Of a stretch of 64,000 nucleotides of DNA, positions 26,496 through 39,220 are shown piece by piece. The stretch spans positions 63,488,001 to 63,552,000 of the forward strand of contig OZ024744.1 in assembly GCA_964016885.1 (NCBI GenBank), given 5' to 3'. The notes under the pieces are model-generated. The model was given only the letters and a program-made list of their open reading frames with translations. It did no database searches and was not told the DNA's origin. A program made the position numbers and the translations under genes. Position 1 is the first letter of the stretch, and the number at the start of each line of letters is the position of its first letter. This DNA is from Eledone cirrhosa (Eukaryota).

Positions 26496-26882
26496 GCAAC
26501 TCAATATTACTTTTATAGTTCTAGGGTCAATAAAATTAAGCATCAAGTCAAATACTTGAATAGATATCAACATTCCCCTCTCCCAAATGAGTCGTCTTGT
26601 GTCTAATGTAGAAATCATTATTGTTATTAAAAGTCGATAAAATAAAGCACAAGTAATGCACTGAAGTCTATTTAGTCGACCCACCCCCCCCTTCAAATTA
26701 CTGGCCTTGTGCCTAAAGTAGAAATCGTTATTATTATTACTACTACACACTATAGAGCAACAATTAAATAATTCTATTACAATTATTACTCCATCTACAT
26801 TTGAGTACATATTCAGGATAAAACGTTCTATTTGTAAAATATACATATTATCATTTACACACTTATAGAAAAATAAACATAC

Positions 26883-27038
26883 CATTGCGAATCCTGATAA
26901 AAGTGCTGATGTACGGCTGGAAGCTTTCAATTTAGCGCGACCGAGATAAAGCTTTCTCCACGATAAAACACTGGATGAGGTCTCGTTTGTCATTGGCGGA
27001 AGGTGAATTTTAGGTACATTACTCGGTTGGGGATTCAT
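26883..27038 (-). CDS. Orai: Orai exon 1 (ATG at 27038; ETON region and TM1)
   Basis: [28 protein letters not shown] followed by GTATGT donor at 26882; phase-0 splice gives FAM|VAMVE and about 220 aa; an upstream exon cannot be excluded. Confidence 0.93.
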
Positions 27039-27459
27039 TGTCAAAACAAAAAATTAATTTTGAAGGTTTAAAGTATGGACTATCGAGTATAATTATAGAA
27101 ATAAATCTAAAGATAATACCAATGCTACGGTATAAAGGTGGACTAACTACTCAATTCACTCATAAATAGTTACATTTTAATACGAGATAATTATTTTACG
27201 TCTTCATAATTTCGAAAGATATCCCCATAAAAAGAAAGTTTGAGGTGTGTCACAAACGGTGAAGCTTCCTGTAAAATACGGTGATGACACAACACTTGTA
27301 TACATAAAATGGAAACGTTTGTTGACTGTCAGTTTAACCTATGAAGCTGTGTCGTAGTACATACTCTGTGCCGGCTGCTGTGTTCATAATCAAGACATGC
27401 AACTCTCGTTCGCTCAGTTAGTTTAACTGTCAGCAATGTATTATTTAATAAGCGTAGGT

Positions 27460-27680
27460 CGATGGATTTGGCAAGATCGTTAGCGCATTGGATGAAATAC
27501 ATTGTAATGATTCTTTACGGTTTGGTTCCTACGTTATGGTTTCGAACCCTCGTCGATGTCGATTTTACATATCATCCTTCAGGGTTCGATGAAATAAAGT
27601 ATAAATCAATTGCTGGATCGATTTAATCGATGTCCACACCTACCCCAAATTGCTGGTATTGTGTCTAAATCAGAAACTGT
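27460..27680 (+). mobile_element. tRNA-derived Meta-domain SINE
   Basis: TGGCAAGATCG, GTTTCGAACCC, TCATCCTTCAGGGTTCGATGAAATAAAGTA. Confidence 0.65.
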
Positions 27681-27792
27681 TATTTGATGAACGTTTCATC
27701 GTCGTTGCTAATTAACTTCAACTCAGTCATGATCCGGTAGATCTAATGTCGAGCGCCATTCCTACCGTAAACATTCTGTCTATTTTGTTTTT

Positions 27793-27794
<2 letters not shown>

Positions 27795-27858
<64 letters not shown>

Positions 27859-27874
27859 CCTCTCTCTCTCTATG

Positions 27875-27908
<34 letters not shown>

Positions 27909-27935
27909 TGTATGTATGTATGTATGTATGTATGT
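27795..27935. repeat. (TC)n-(TATG)n compound microsatellite
   Basis: Direct reading. Confidence 0.95.
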
Positions 27936-28399
27936 AGGGGTTCTCCTACATGGATATTAAGTAGTGGCCGTACTCGAAAACGAGTTGGCAACCACCATGT
28001 ATGTATGTATAATTACAACAGTTACATAAACAGGTACGCAAGTTTCGTTGGGTTCTGGGCCCCAGCCTGTCATGAGAAAAAATAAATGAGTATTTATACT
28101 AAACTCGTCCTATGGACTGAGTGCTCTTACTCTTGGATATTTCCTCTTAACTTTTTCTTCAGTATATATGTTGTAGTGCACCTGAGCACTGTACACAATA
28201 ATTTCATTATTATTATTATATATATATAAGAGAGGGGAGGGGGACTAGCGCTAGTAGATCATTAATCAACTAAGTATTCTATACTTGAGTGTAGATATAA
28301 TTACAGGGATGTTTTGCCCAACGACTGAGCTTAAACTATTTCGATATTCAACCAGTTAAAGCTAAGTCATCAGGAAAAATAAAATCCCTATAACAATAA

Positions 28400-28991
28400 T
28401 TGTTTCTACTTTTGGCACAAGGCCATCAACTATTCCAGTGCATCACTAGTACTTTATTTTATCAACCCTGTACAGATGAAAGGCAAAGCTGGCCTCAGCG
28501 GGACTTGAACTTGGACCGTAAAGGGCCGTAACTCTATGCTGCAAAGCATGGCGTTCGACCCTCTATCGATACTGCCAATCCACCGCCCCTATAATGATAA
28601 TTGTTTCTATTTTAGGCACAAGGCCAGCAATTACTCAGTACATTACTGGTACTTTATTTTATCGACCCCGTAAGGATGAAAAGCAAAGTTAACCTCAGCG
28701 GGATTTGAACTCAGATCATAAAGGGACGTAACTCTAAGCATGGTGTCCGACTCTACCGATACTGCCAATCCACATGATAATAATGATGATTTCTACTTTA
28801 GGCACAAGGCCAGTAATTTTGGTGGGGTGAGAGGAAAATGGATTAAATTGACCCCAGTGGCTACTGGTACTTTATTCTATCGACCATATAAGGATGAAAG
28901 GCAAATCTGAACTCAGAGCGTAAAGGGACGCAACTCTGCGCTGCAAAGCATATTATCCAATGTTCCACTCATTCTGCCAATCCACCACCCT

Positions 28992-28992
<1 letters not shown>
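28400..28992 (-). mobile_element. Head-to-tail array of three Meta-domain tRNA SINEs
   Basis: Three units, each GCACAAGGCCA..GGTACTTTATT..GGATGAAAGGCAAAG..GAACT..CTGCCAATCCAC. Confidence 0.8.
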
Positions 28993-29041
<49 letters not shown>

Positions 29042-29463
29042 TAGAATACAATGGGCCTGACCTGGTGGTTTTGGACAAGGAAAAAAGATTGTGCCTGATT
29101 GTAGATATAACCTCCCCATTTGACACGAGAGTGCAAGAAAAGGTGAAGGAGAAAATTAACTGATACCAGGACTTAAAGTGGGAGTTAAAAAGGATTTGGA
29201 ACTGCCATGAAGTCAAAGTGGTCCCGATTGTCATAGGCGCACTAGGTACTATCTCAAAGAGTTTCCAAGGATGGTTAAAGAAAATTAGTCCAACCCCGCT
29301 TTTTTGGAACACTTCAAAAAGCATGCTTGCTGGGAACAGCAAGAACCCTCCAATACGTCCTGAATGTCTGAGGCTGCAGGTAGCGGCTTGATATTCATTT
29401 CAACAAACTTTCCAGTTAAATAACATCAATGACTGAGACTCAAAGAACAATAATAATAATAAT
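29042..29463 (+). mobile_element. 5'-truncated R4/Dong element inserted in (TAA)n
   Basis: GPDLVV..D..PFD..EK; (TAA)n on both sides; nearly identical to 1-368. Confidence 0.9.
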
Positions 29464-29499
29464 GATTTCTGATTTAATAATATGTCCTATGGGCACAGG

Positions 29500-29905
29500 C
29501 CAAAGATGAAGTATATATACAGTATGCACCATCCCACCCCAATCACTCCCATACATCTCCCATGAGGACAGGCTGAAGTATACATCCAGTGAAGTCTCCA
29601 GCCCACACTGTACAATGGTTGTGTAGGTGTCATGACAAAAAACACCCAGTCCACACTGTAAAGTGGTCGTGATGGCAACATGGCAAAAAGCACCCAGTAC
29701 TCACTGTAAAGTGGTCGTGTAAGTGTCATGACAAAAAGAACCCAGTATTCACTGTAAATGTGGTTGACATTAGGAAGGGCATCCAGCAGTAGAAATCAAG
29801 CCAAAATCAGTTCTGTATGAGCAAGACATGGTAACCTGACCTAGCATTGCTCACAACAGAAAATTCATCTAACCCATGCCAGCATGGAAAAATGGATGTT
29901 AAATG
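29500..29905 (+). mobile_element. RTE 3' tail fragment
   Basis: TAGGAAGGGCATCCAGC and AACCCATGCCAGCATGGAAAAATGGATGTTAAA. Confidence 0.65.
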
Positions 29906-30175
29906 GCTAATTAAAATGGCTTCCTTAATTCTTAAATTTCCTGTATTTCTTTAACATGCTTCTATGGTAGCCTCAATATCTTGGTTGCAGCATCTCAAGA
30001 TGTTTTTTAACAGATGAAAAAAGGCAATTTATTGTACCGGCTGAAACCAGTATAATAAATTGCTTTTTTAAAATAAATGTTTGTTGTTATTCTATGAGAA
30101 AATCCCATTAGCATTTTCTACAGTGTTTCTTATTTTCCTACATATATCAACCCGTGTGTCACTTCTCAACATTCT

Positions 30176-31123
30176 AAATAATATATATATTAAATTCTTT
30201 GTCTCTCTGTCTGTCTGTCATTTCCTATGCATTCTCTAACGACTGGACCAAATCAAATCAAATTTTACAGTGTAATAGTATTAGACCCTAGGAGTGTCAA
30301 CATGCAATTTTTACTTTCATTTGGATTAAAACAATATAAGATTTTATCTAAAATAATATTTTTATAGTCAACTATAGTAAACCACCACCACCACCATCAC
30401 GTCACATTTTGTATATGAGTGTGTGTGTGTATGTGAGTGTGTGTGTTTGTGGGTTTGTTATGTATGTTAGGTCGCAGAGAATTAAACACACACACATCTA
30501 CACATACATACACATAATGTATGTGAGTGTATGTGAGAGTGTAGACATCACATTTTGTATGTGTGTGTGTGTCTGTATTAGTATATGCATGTGAATGTAT
30601 GTTAGCGTGTGTGTGTGAGTATATGTGTGTTGACTGAGATAACGATATTTTCTTTAGTCAACTATAGTAAACCACCACGTCATATTTTGTATTTGAGTGT
30701 ATATTGTCTGTGAGTGTATGTGAGAGAGTCTGTGAGTGTATGTGAGAGAGTGTGTGAGTGTATGTGAGAGTGTGTGTGTGTGTGAGTGTATGTGTGATAA
30801 TTTTTATTCTCATTTCGATTAAAACAATAGAAAACAACACATCACATTTTGTATATGAATATGTCTGTATCTGTGAGTGTGTGTGTTTGTGCATTCATTA
30901 GGTACGTTATTAAATACACACACACATCTACGCATACATGAATTACACAATGAATATTGTTTACCCTAAGGTGCTTCAAGCTTTGACAGATTTTCATTTC
31001 TAAATTCTATTATCATTACAATTTTGTTATTCTTTTAATAAAATATAGATACTTTGAAATGAATATGTGAAGAAAAAAAAAAACAACAACAATAACCTGG
31101 GCAATGCCGGGTAATTCAGCTAG
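30176..31123 (+). mobile_element. Non-autonomous Helitron with internal duplication and (TG)-rich cargo
   Basis: 3' CCTGGGCAATGCCGGG..CTAG|T; internal repeat TAGTCAACTATAGTAAACCACCAC at 30366 and 30656. Confidence 0.65.
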
Positions 31124-31615
31124 TATATATATAACAAAGAGTGCATTGTTCAATATATCCTTCTTCATTTAAGGACAATATGATGTAATGATTTAGTTAC
31201 TATTTTGTAACAGGTTGAGCATAGCAGCTATTTTGAAGCTTGGCATTGCTGAAAGCAAAGTGGAAATCATTGCAATACACAGACAAGAATCAACTAATGA
31301 TATCACCTACTTACACGTACATCTGCTGCTTAATACAGGCTATATTTTATTGTTCATGCACAAAGACTTAGAAGCAGATTAATAGAATAGCAGAATATAT
31401 TACAATATGGCATTAAATTTCTGGAAGAAATCAAACAATATTAAGAGTGTTTGGAGTTGTTGGGTTGCCTCAACATTTTTTTCTTTTTTTAGAGGGTATC
31501 ACCAGCACCCCTTGTTGTAGCCAGTAATTGAGGAAGTGTTCATGTCTTTTTCGTTTTTTTTTTCCTTTTCTCTGGTTCATTTTTATTGATCTGTTTCTTT
31601 TATAAATTATTTTCT

Positions 31616-31844
31616 TTAACCCTTTAACATTTAAACTGGCTATCTCCGGCCAGAATTCTTTCACCTCTTTCCATTCAAACCAGCTGTAACTGGCCACTCA
31701 TACTGATGTTAAGGTATTGTTCTCAAAATAAATAATATCAAAATCTCATAGATTAGATATTATGTGAGGTAATTATGTAAGATAAAGTCTTTGCCACAAA
31801 AATACAATGGTATATATAGAGTAACGTAATTGCTAAAGGGTTAC
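31616..31844. mobile_element. piggyBac-like MITE
   Basis: TTAA-CCCTTTAACA ... TGCTAAAGGG-TTAC; homologous to 8346-8557. Confidence 0.65.
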
Positions 31845-31879
31845 ATAAATAATATTTCTTTAGATATGCATATTAAACA

Positions 31880-31992
31880 ATGTGGCTTAGTGGTTAAAGA
31901 GTGGCATTCGCAATTATGAGGTTGTAAGTTCAATTCTCGGACTGGGTGATGCGTTGTGTCCTTGAGCAAGACACTTTATTTCACGTTGCTCC
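31880..31992 (+). mobile_element. tRNA-derived CORE-type SINE
   Basis: Box A TGGCTTAGTGG, box B GTTCAATTC, CORE-like GTGTCCTTGAGCAAGACACTT. Confidence 0.65.
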
Positions 31993-32392
31993 AGGAGTTG
32001 CAACCAGTAGATATTATCAGCAATGAAAAGACCAGTGGAAACATTATTTCTTTGGTCCGATTTGACAAGGTCGATCCCATTCGGCAAGCGAATGAGGTCT
32101 GGGATCTTATTGATCTGAGAGAGTATATTTAATGAATTATGAAATACATATTTAGCGCTTTTGAGATCAACCCATCCAAGAATGCCTCAAGTTTTATTAT
32201 ATAAAACTGCCCAATTTAAAAATGTCCATATATCTATATATAAATTTGAGCAATTTCTATCCGTCCATCACACAATGTCTGTATGTTTGTGTGAATGTAT
32301 GTGTATGTAAAAGGAAGGAAGGGGATGGTGCAAGGAAGGGGATGTTATCATAACATTATCTTAACATTATCTTAGAATTTTATGTTAGTTCT

Positions 32393-32575
32393 GAATTGGC
32401 AGTATCGGTAGAGGGTCGGATGCCATGCTTTGACACAAAAGAGTTACGTCCCTTTACGATCTGAGTTCAAATCCCACCGAGGTTAACTTTGCCTTTCATC
32501 CTTACAGGGTCGATAAAATAAAGTACCAGTAATGTACTGGGTAATTGCTGGCCTTGGGCCAATAGTAGAAACAAT
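32393..32575 (+). mobile_element. Meta-domain tRNA SINE
   Basis: TGGCAGTATCGG, GTTCAAATCC, GCCTTTCATCC..GGGTCGATAAAATAAAGTACCAG. Confidence 0.75.
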
Positions 32576-33509
32576 TATGTTAGTTGTCATCATCGTCATC
32601 CATTTTTCCATGAGTTGGATAGGTCTTTTCCAACACAGCTTCCCTCTATTTACTGCATTCCTTTGTGAAGTTCAGCATCTTGAGATCTGCTCATACTACT
32701 TCATAGGTTAAATTTGATTGTTTTTTGTTTGTGTGTTACTTGATATTAATCAAAACAGTTTCCTTCAAAGCTATTGTTATGGTACTAAGACAGGCAAAGC
32801 AAGCTGGACCATCAGGAGATTGCCCAGATGCTAAAATCATCTGGGATGGTGGGTCATACCATAACCACATAAAGTAATATAAATAAAGTAATATAAAATC
32901 ATGTCATACATGATGGCTGGAGTAGCAACATCATCACCTGCTACAACGGCAAAGGAATTGCACATCTCCCACTCCACAATCTGGTAGACTAAGGGTAGAT
33001 GAGTGGCTTGTGTGAGCAATACAAGCCATATGCAGAAGAGCAGTCAGCATGATTAGAATTAACAATGGTTATAGTGAGGAATTAAGTGTGGAAGTGGAGA
33101 CGCGATGTTCAGTCCTAGTAATATCTATCGTCATTGTTAAAAATTAATTCACACCACGAGGTATGGATTGGCTACTTCTCAGAACATGACAGATATAAAG
33201 GTATTCTGTACTTTATTGGAACTTATAATAAAACAATTTCCTCTGATGATTAGTTTCGCGTCTTCCAGAGTCATACCAAAATTGATAGTTGGTAATCGAT
33301 AATCAATTGCTTAAATTGAATTTCACTGTGGTTTTATGAACTATGTAAGGAAAATAATAACTTTTCCACCAATATGGTATATGGCTATATACATATATTT
33401 TTAGTTTGAGTTATTGATGCTCTGGACAAATGACCATTGAGCATTTCTGCTGAGAAGCATATTTATCATACATATTACATATGTTATGATACTTTAAATT
33501 AGTGTATAA

Positions 33510-34170
33510 CAAAGTGCAGGGCAATAAAGATAGACGGTAGCTACGGAGTAGGCAGACGCAGAAAAACCTGGGACGAGCTGACAAATTCCGACCTCACACA
33601 CTTACACCTCTCCAAGACAATGTCACTGGACCGAGATCTTTGGCGGTACTCAGTAATAGAGAAGACCCGCCTTACCTGAATACAAAGTAAAACCTACTAC
33701 AGTCAGTAGGCACCTCTAACAAAATACACCCCCGTCCCACCCCATCCACACCGCCCCTTTCAATGTAAAGTTGTGTTGGTGCCACAACATCCAGGCCGAA
33801 ACAAATGAGGTCGTGTAGGTGTCACGACAAAAAAACACACAGTCCACGCTGTAATGTGGCCGTGTAGGTAACACGGTACAAACCTCCCAGCCCCACACTG
33901 TAAACGTGGTTGGTGTTAGGAAGGGCATCCAGCCTAGAAAACCCGCCAGACAGTCCACGCTGTAATGTGGCCATGTAGGTAACACTGTAAAAACCTCCCA
34001 GTACACACTGTAAATGTGGTTGGTGTTAGGAAGGGCATCCAGCCTAGAAAACCTGCCAGACAGTCCTATGCGAGCAAGACAACCACTCTTGCCTCAAGTG
34101 GGAAAACCCCCATCCAAACCCATGCAAGCGTGGAACACGGACGTTAAACGTTGATGATGATGATGATGAT
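33510..34170 (+). mobile_element. RTE 3' fragment with two units of the 112-bp tail repeat
   Basis: GVGRRRKTW; CAGTCC recurs at 33840, 33951 and 34061; (GAT)n end. Confidence 0.8.
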
Positions 34171-34249
34171 AATATATATATGTATGTATATTGTAAAATG
34201 AAATGAAATGACAGGAAGCCAAATATGTTGAATTTCCTTATTTCTGCAA

Positions 34250-34307
34250 ACACTATGCACATTTCAGCGACCAGGTTGTGCAATAACCCGGTGCCATCTT
34301 CAGGTGT
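34250..34307 (-). ncRNA. Minimal hammerhead ribozyme
   Basis: ACAC-CTGAAGA-T-GGCACCGGGTT/AACCTGGTCGCT-GAAA-TGTGCATA-GTGT. Confidence 0.7.
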
Positions 34308-34384
34308 AAATTGCGTAATAGATATATACCAACGGAATGATGGTAAACTTTAAGGAAACAAGCAAAGAAAAAAAACAGAAAAAA

Positions 34385-34520
34385 AGATTGTGGATTTATG
34401 ATTTTCAGCCAGAGACGAATGACGCAGTGTGTTGCTACACTGCCTCATCGACTCAGAGATGATGAGGTAGTGTAGTGGCACACTGCTTCGTTTGTCTCTG
34501 GGTCAAAATTATAAACACAC
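34385..34520. repeat. Diverged fold-back element
   Basis: CCAGAGAC..GCAGTGTG..CTACACTGCCTCATC vs GATGAGGTAGTGTAG..CACACTGC..GTCTCTGG. Confidence 0.65.
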
Positions 34521-34629
34521 AAGTTGCATAACATTGAGTGCTGTTCTCTTATTACACCAGGATTAACATTGCAGAAGGACCTATTCTATCCAGTGGTAAA
34601 CCACCAAATTTAAACGTATATATATATAT

Positions 34630-35747
34630 AAGTAGGGAAATGGCCTTGCTCAGTATGTAGGAAAGGTGTAGGTAGAAACTCCATTCTCTACCCCAAATGC
34701 AAACAATGGGTACACAAGAGATGTAGCGGGATCTCAGGAAGCTTAATTAAGAATGTAGGCTTCACTTGCAGCAGCTGTGCTGGGACAGCAAGCAGCAAAC
34801 AGCCACAGGAAACAAGTACCACCAATCTCTGGAGGGCTCTGTAGAAACAGTAGACAGCTTCTGCTACCTAGGTGATCGAATTAGCTGCAGAGGTGGGTGT
34901 TCAGAAAGTACAATAACTAGGGTAAGAACGGGATGGAAGAAGTTTAGGGAACTACTACCATTGCTAGCTGCAAAAGGCTTCTCCCTCAAAATGAAAGGCA
35001 GACTGTATGATGCGTGTATCCGAACAGCGATGTTGCATGGTAGTGAGACCTGGGCGCTGAAGGTGGAAGACTTATGTAGATTAGAGAGAAACGAAGCCTG
35101 CATGCTCCGATGGATGTGTAACAGTAATATACGTGAACGACAAAGCATAAATGAATTGAGAGAGAGACTGAGCATAAGAGGAATCAAATGCTGTGTGCAG
35201 GAGAGGCGGTTGTGTTGGTATGGACATGTGATGCGTATGAAGGATGACAGCTGCATAAAAAGGTGCAGAGCACTAGAAGTCGATGGAAACCGCGGAGTGG
35301 GGAGACCCAAGATGACCTGGGATGAGGTGATAAAAGCCGACCTTACCCCAATTACACCTCTCAAAGGCGATGACACATGACCGTGACCTCTGGCGTCACG
35401 CAGTAATACAGAGTACCCGACCTCCCATTGGTACAAGCTGAAGCATATAGACAATATGCCCCCACACCCCCCACTGCAAGGTGGTCGTGGAGGTGCGACG
35501 GCAAAAAAGCACCCAGCCCACACTGTAAAGTGGACGTGTAGGCGCCACGAAAAAGCACCCAGCACTCACTGTAAATGAGGTTGGTGTTAGGAAGGGCATC
35601 CAACTGTAGAAATCAAGCCAAATCACTTCCTGTATGAGCAAGGCATGGTCAGCCGACCAGACACTGCCCACAACAGGACAACCCGTCTAACCCATGGTAG
35701 CGTGGAAGAACGGACGTAAAACTGTGATGATGATGATGATGATGATG
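34630..35747 (+). mobile_element. RTE with PHD-like finger, 5'-truncated
   Basis: GKWPCSVCRKG..WVHKRCSG..CSSC, FCYLG, HGSETW, GRPKMTW; (GAT)n tail. Confidence 0.85.
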
Positions 35748-36250
35748 AAGTATGTATACGTACATACATATATGTATACAGACGTACAGTAGTATATATA
35801 TATACATACATGCACACATATGGATTCACCGAACATTTATTATAATGCTCGGTGTGTTTGTAAACAAACATCCCGAATTAAGCCGTACAGTGTCTAGCAA
35901 CCATCGTTTAACTAACTCGATATGCAAATTAGGCTGCTCAGCCGTTAATATGCATTAGGAAAGTATATACTTTCAGACGTTCAATCATCTGGCAGGAAGG
36001 TATACGTTGCTGACGATAGCTAATAAGCTTGAAACTAGGCCAGCGTTCCTTTGTCAGTGTTGAACAAATGAGCAACGATGGTTGCTAGACGCTGTATGGC
36101 TTAATTCGGGATGTTTGTTTACAAACACACCGAGCATTATAATAAATGTTTGGTGAATCCATACGTACATATATATATATGTGTGCATGTATATATATAT
36201 ACATACTACTGTACGTCTGTATACATATATGTATGTACGTATACATACTT
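35748..36250. repeat. Fold-back element with a hammerhead in the spacer
   Basis: Arms 35748-35909 and 36074-36250; CGTTG-CTGACGA-T-AGCT/AGCT-T-GAAA-CTAG-GC-CAGCG at 36005-36045. Confidence 0.85.
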
Positions 36251-36777
36251 ATATTTAAGTAACAGCCGTACTAAGAGTGAGAAATGAAATTTTTTTTAAT
36301 TTTTTTCCGTTTATATATATATATGTATATTTGAAAAGTAAACAGAAAACACAACAGATGATGAAGTACAATGAAGATATATATATATTGGTTTCACGCT
36401 TAATATAGTAAGAAAAGTTTCAACATTTCAGATGCTAGTCCTTCATCAGAAAATAGAATGAAAAATTAAAGAAGAAACAGAAAAATAGATGAGAATGATC
36501 AGAGGCAGAAATGAAAAAATTTTTTTCAAAAAAAGCAAGTCTGTTCATTTCACTATCTCTTGGGAAACTGTTGACAGGAGTGATTATGATGTAAGAAGTT
36601 CAGTTGGCTGTCCTTTGAAAGGCTGTGAGCAAAAGCATCTTCTATCAGGATGAAAAGGAAAAAAATTCTTTTGTATTTAGAGTAGATATGTATGTGTCAT
36701 GTGTATATCTATATCTATATATAATACCCCTAGTATTCCTCCCTCCCCCTCTACGATTTGGGACCTGAGAGTGTGTG

Positions 36778-36824
<47 letters not shown>

Positions 36825-36916
36825 TATATACTCACACACATATATGTGTACATGTGTATTTATATATATATATGTGCGTATCATCATGTATTTATAAATA
36901 CATACACATGTGTGTG

Positions 36917-36973
<57 letters not shown>

Positions 36974-37211
36974 ACATATATACATATATATATATATACA
37001 CACACATATTTTTGTGTATATGTATGTATACATACATATGTGTGTGTACGTATTTAAATCTATATATACACACATATATATCTAAGTCCAAAATTAAGAT
37101 AAAATGAATTAAATGAATTTAATCTAAATCGAAATCATGGGTGTCATGACATAATGCATGCGCCATATATCCTGGGAATTTAAGCTCAAAGATAAATAAA
37201 TCCGAGCATAT

Positions 37212-37450
37212 TATAATAACTAGAGATTGATTAACATATAAATATACATGAATAATCACAGGAGATAAATTTTTGCTCGCGTGTAACCACGCATAGCTAG
37301 TATAGGTAATATTTACCTTTAAGAGTGATTAACCTTTCCTTGTATATATCCCATTAAAGAAATATATTTCACCAATTAATCAGTTATTTCACCAGTTATC
37401 TCCTGTGATTATTCATGTATATTTATATGTTAATCAATCCCTAGTTATTA
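37212..37450. repeat. Inverted repeat (about 55-bp arms)
   Basis: ATAATAACTAG.GATTGATTAACATATAAATATACATGAATAATCACAGGAGATAA and its reverse complement. Confidence 0.8.
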
Positions 37451-37830
37451 TACACACATATATATATATGACATACACATATATATACTTGTATATAAGC
37501 TGAGAATTATGTGACAAAAAAATATCGACGAAGGGTAAGGGTTGCTTATATTCAAGGTTAATTTCTTGCTGGACTTTTTGGCAACTAAATACCAGTTATT
37601 TAAGTGGGATTTAGGAGGAGGACACACGAAATTCTCCATGTATTACCTGGCTAGTAGTAGTGTCTGTTTTGTTATATAAGTGTGTTTTTTTTAATTTATT
37701 TTACTTTTTCTTTTTCTTTTTTTATTGTCTTTGTAGTAAAAATGTTTTTGTTTTTTAAAAATACCTCCACCTCGTGTGTATATATGTATGTGTATCTCTC
37801 TTTCTCTTTCTCTGTGGTGTATATATATAT

Positions 37831-37872
<42 letters not shown>

Positions 37873-37894
37873 GTTTAACCCTTTAGCATTTAAA

Positions 37895-38805
37895 CTGGAA
37901 AAGGATGGAAAAAGTTCAGAGAGCATATACCGCTGTTGGCCACAAAAGGTTTCTCTCTAAAAATGAAAGGCAGATTGTATGATGCCTGTATATGAACAGC
38001 AATGCTACATGGCAGTGAGACATGGGCATTACGTGCAGAGGACCTGTGCAGACTGGAAAGGAACAAAGCATGCATGCTCCGTTGGATGTGTAATAGTAAT
38101 ATACGTGAACGGCAAAGCATAAATGAACTAAGTGAGTAATTAGGAATAAGAGGGATCAGATGCTGTTTACTTGAGAGAAGACTACGTTGGTATGGCCACG
38201 TGATGTGCATGAAAGACGACAGCTGTATAAAAAAGTGCAGGGCGATCAAAATTGATGGTAGTTACGGAGTAACTGGGACGATTTGATAAATTCTGACCTT
38301 ACACACTTGCACCTCTCTAAGACAATGTCACTGGACCGAGATCTTTGGCGCTATGCAGTAATACAGAAGACCCGCCTTGCCTATGTACAAAGCGAAACCT
38401 ACAGTCAGTAGGCGCCTCTTAACCAAATATATACCCCAATCCACTACCCCTACCCTATCCTCCCACTCCCACCAACACCACCCTCTCTGTGTAAAGTTGG
38501 TACCACAACATCCAGTCCAAATAAATGAGATAATGAGATCGAGATTGTGTAGGTGTCATGACAAAAAAAACACACAGTCCACGCTGTAATGTGGCCGTGT
38601 AGGTAACACGGTAAAAACCTCCCAGTCCACACTGTAAATGTGGTTGGTGTTAGGAAGGGCATGCAGCCATAGAAAACCTGCCAGATAGTCCTATATGAGC
38701 GAGACACGGTCACCCGACCAACCTTGCCTCAAGTGGGACAACTCCCGTCTAACCCATGCTAACATGGAAGATGGACGTTAAAAGAAGATAATGATGATGA
38801 TGATG
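37895..38805 (+). mobile_element. RTE 3' fragment with tail
   Basis: GWKKFRE..MLHGSETW..RLRWYGHVM; (GAT)n. Confidence 0.85.
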
Positions 38806-38981
38806 AAATTCAAGAGTGAATGACATAGAAATATATCAAACAATACAGGAGATAATTCGCAAAAAATGAAAGAACATATCAACTATAGGTTAGCAATATA
38901 GACAGTTTAACAATAAAATCAAACAATACATGTTAGCGTGGAAAATGGACATTAAACGATGCTGATGCTGATGATGATAAG

Positions 38982-39220
38982 TCTTCTTCTTCTTCTTCTT
39001 CTTCTTCTTCTTCTTCTTCTTCTTCTTCTTCTTCTTCTTCTTCTTCTTCTTCTTCTTCTTCTTCTTCTTCTTCTTCTTCTTCTTCTTCTTCTTCTTCTTC
39101 TTCTTCTTCTTCTTCTTCTTCTTCTTCTTCTTCTTCTTCTTCTTCTTCTTCTTCTTCTTCTTCTTCTTCTTCTTCTTCTTCTTCTTCTTCTTCTTCTTCT
39201 TCTTCTTCTTCTTCTTCTTC
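38982..39220. repeat. Pure (TTC)n of about 80 units, apparently the tail of a minus-strand LINE remnant (39221-39452)
   Basis: Direct reading; adjacent minus-strand GR*PRGRP*ARW remnant. Confidence 0.9.

Noticed and set aside
26487-26882. Extension of the Orai exon 1 ORF (CLFFYKC...)
   Set aside because: It is intron read-through past the GTATGT donor; Orai homology resumes at 24318
36645-37107. Many ORFs rich in YI/CV/HT (also 43627-44971, 47003-47785, 50366-51542, 56259-56609, 63503-63995)
   Set aside because: They are translations of (TA)n/(CA)n microsatellites, not genes
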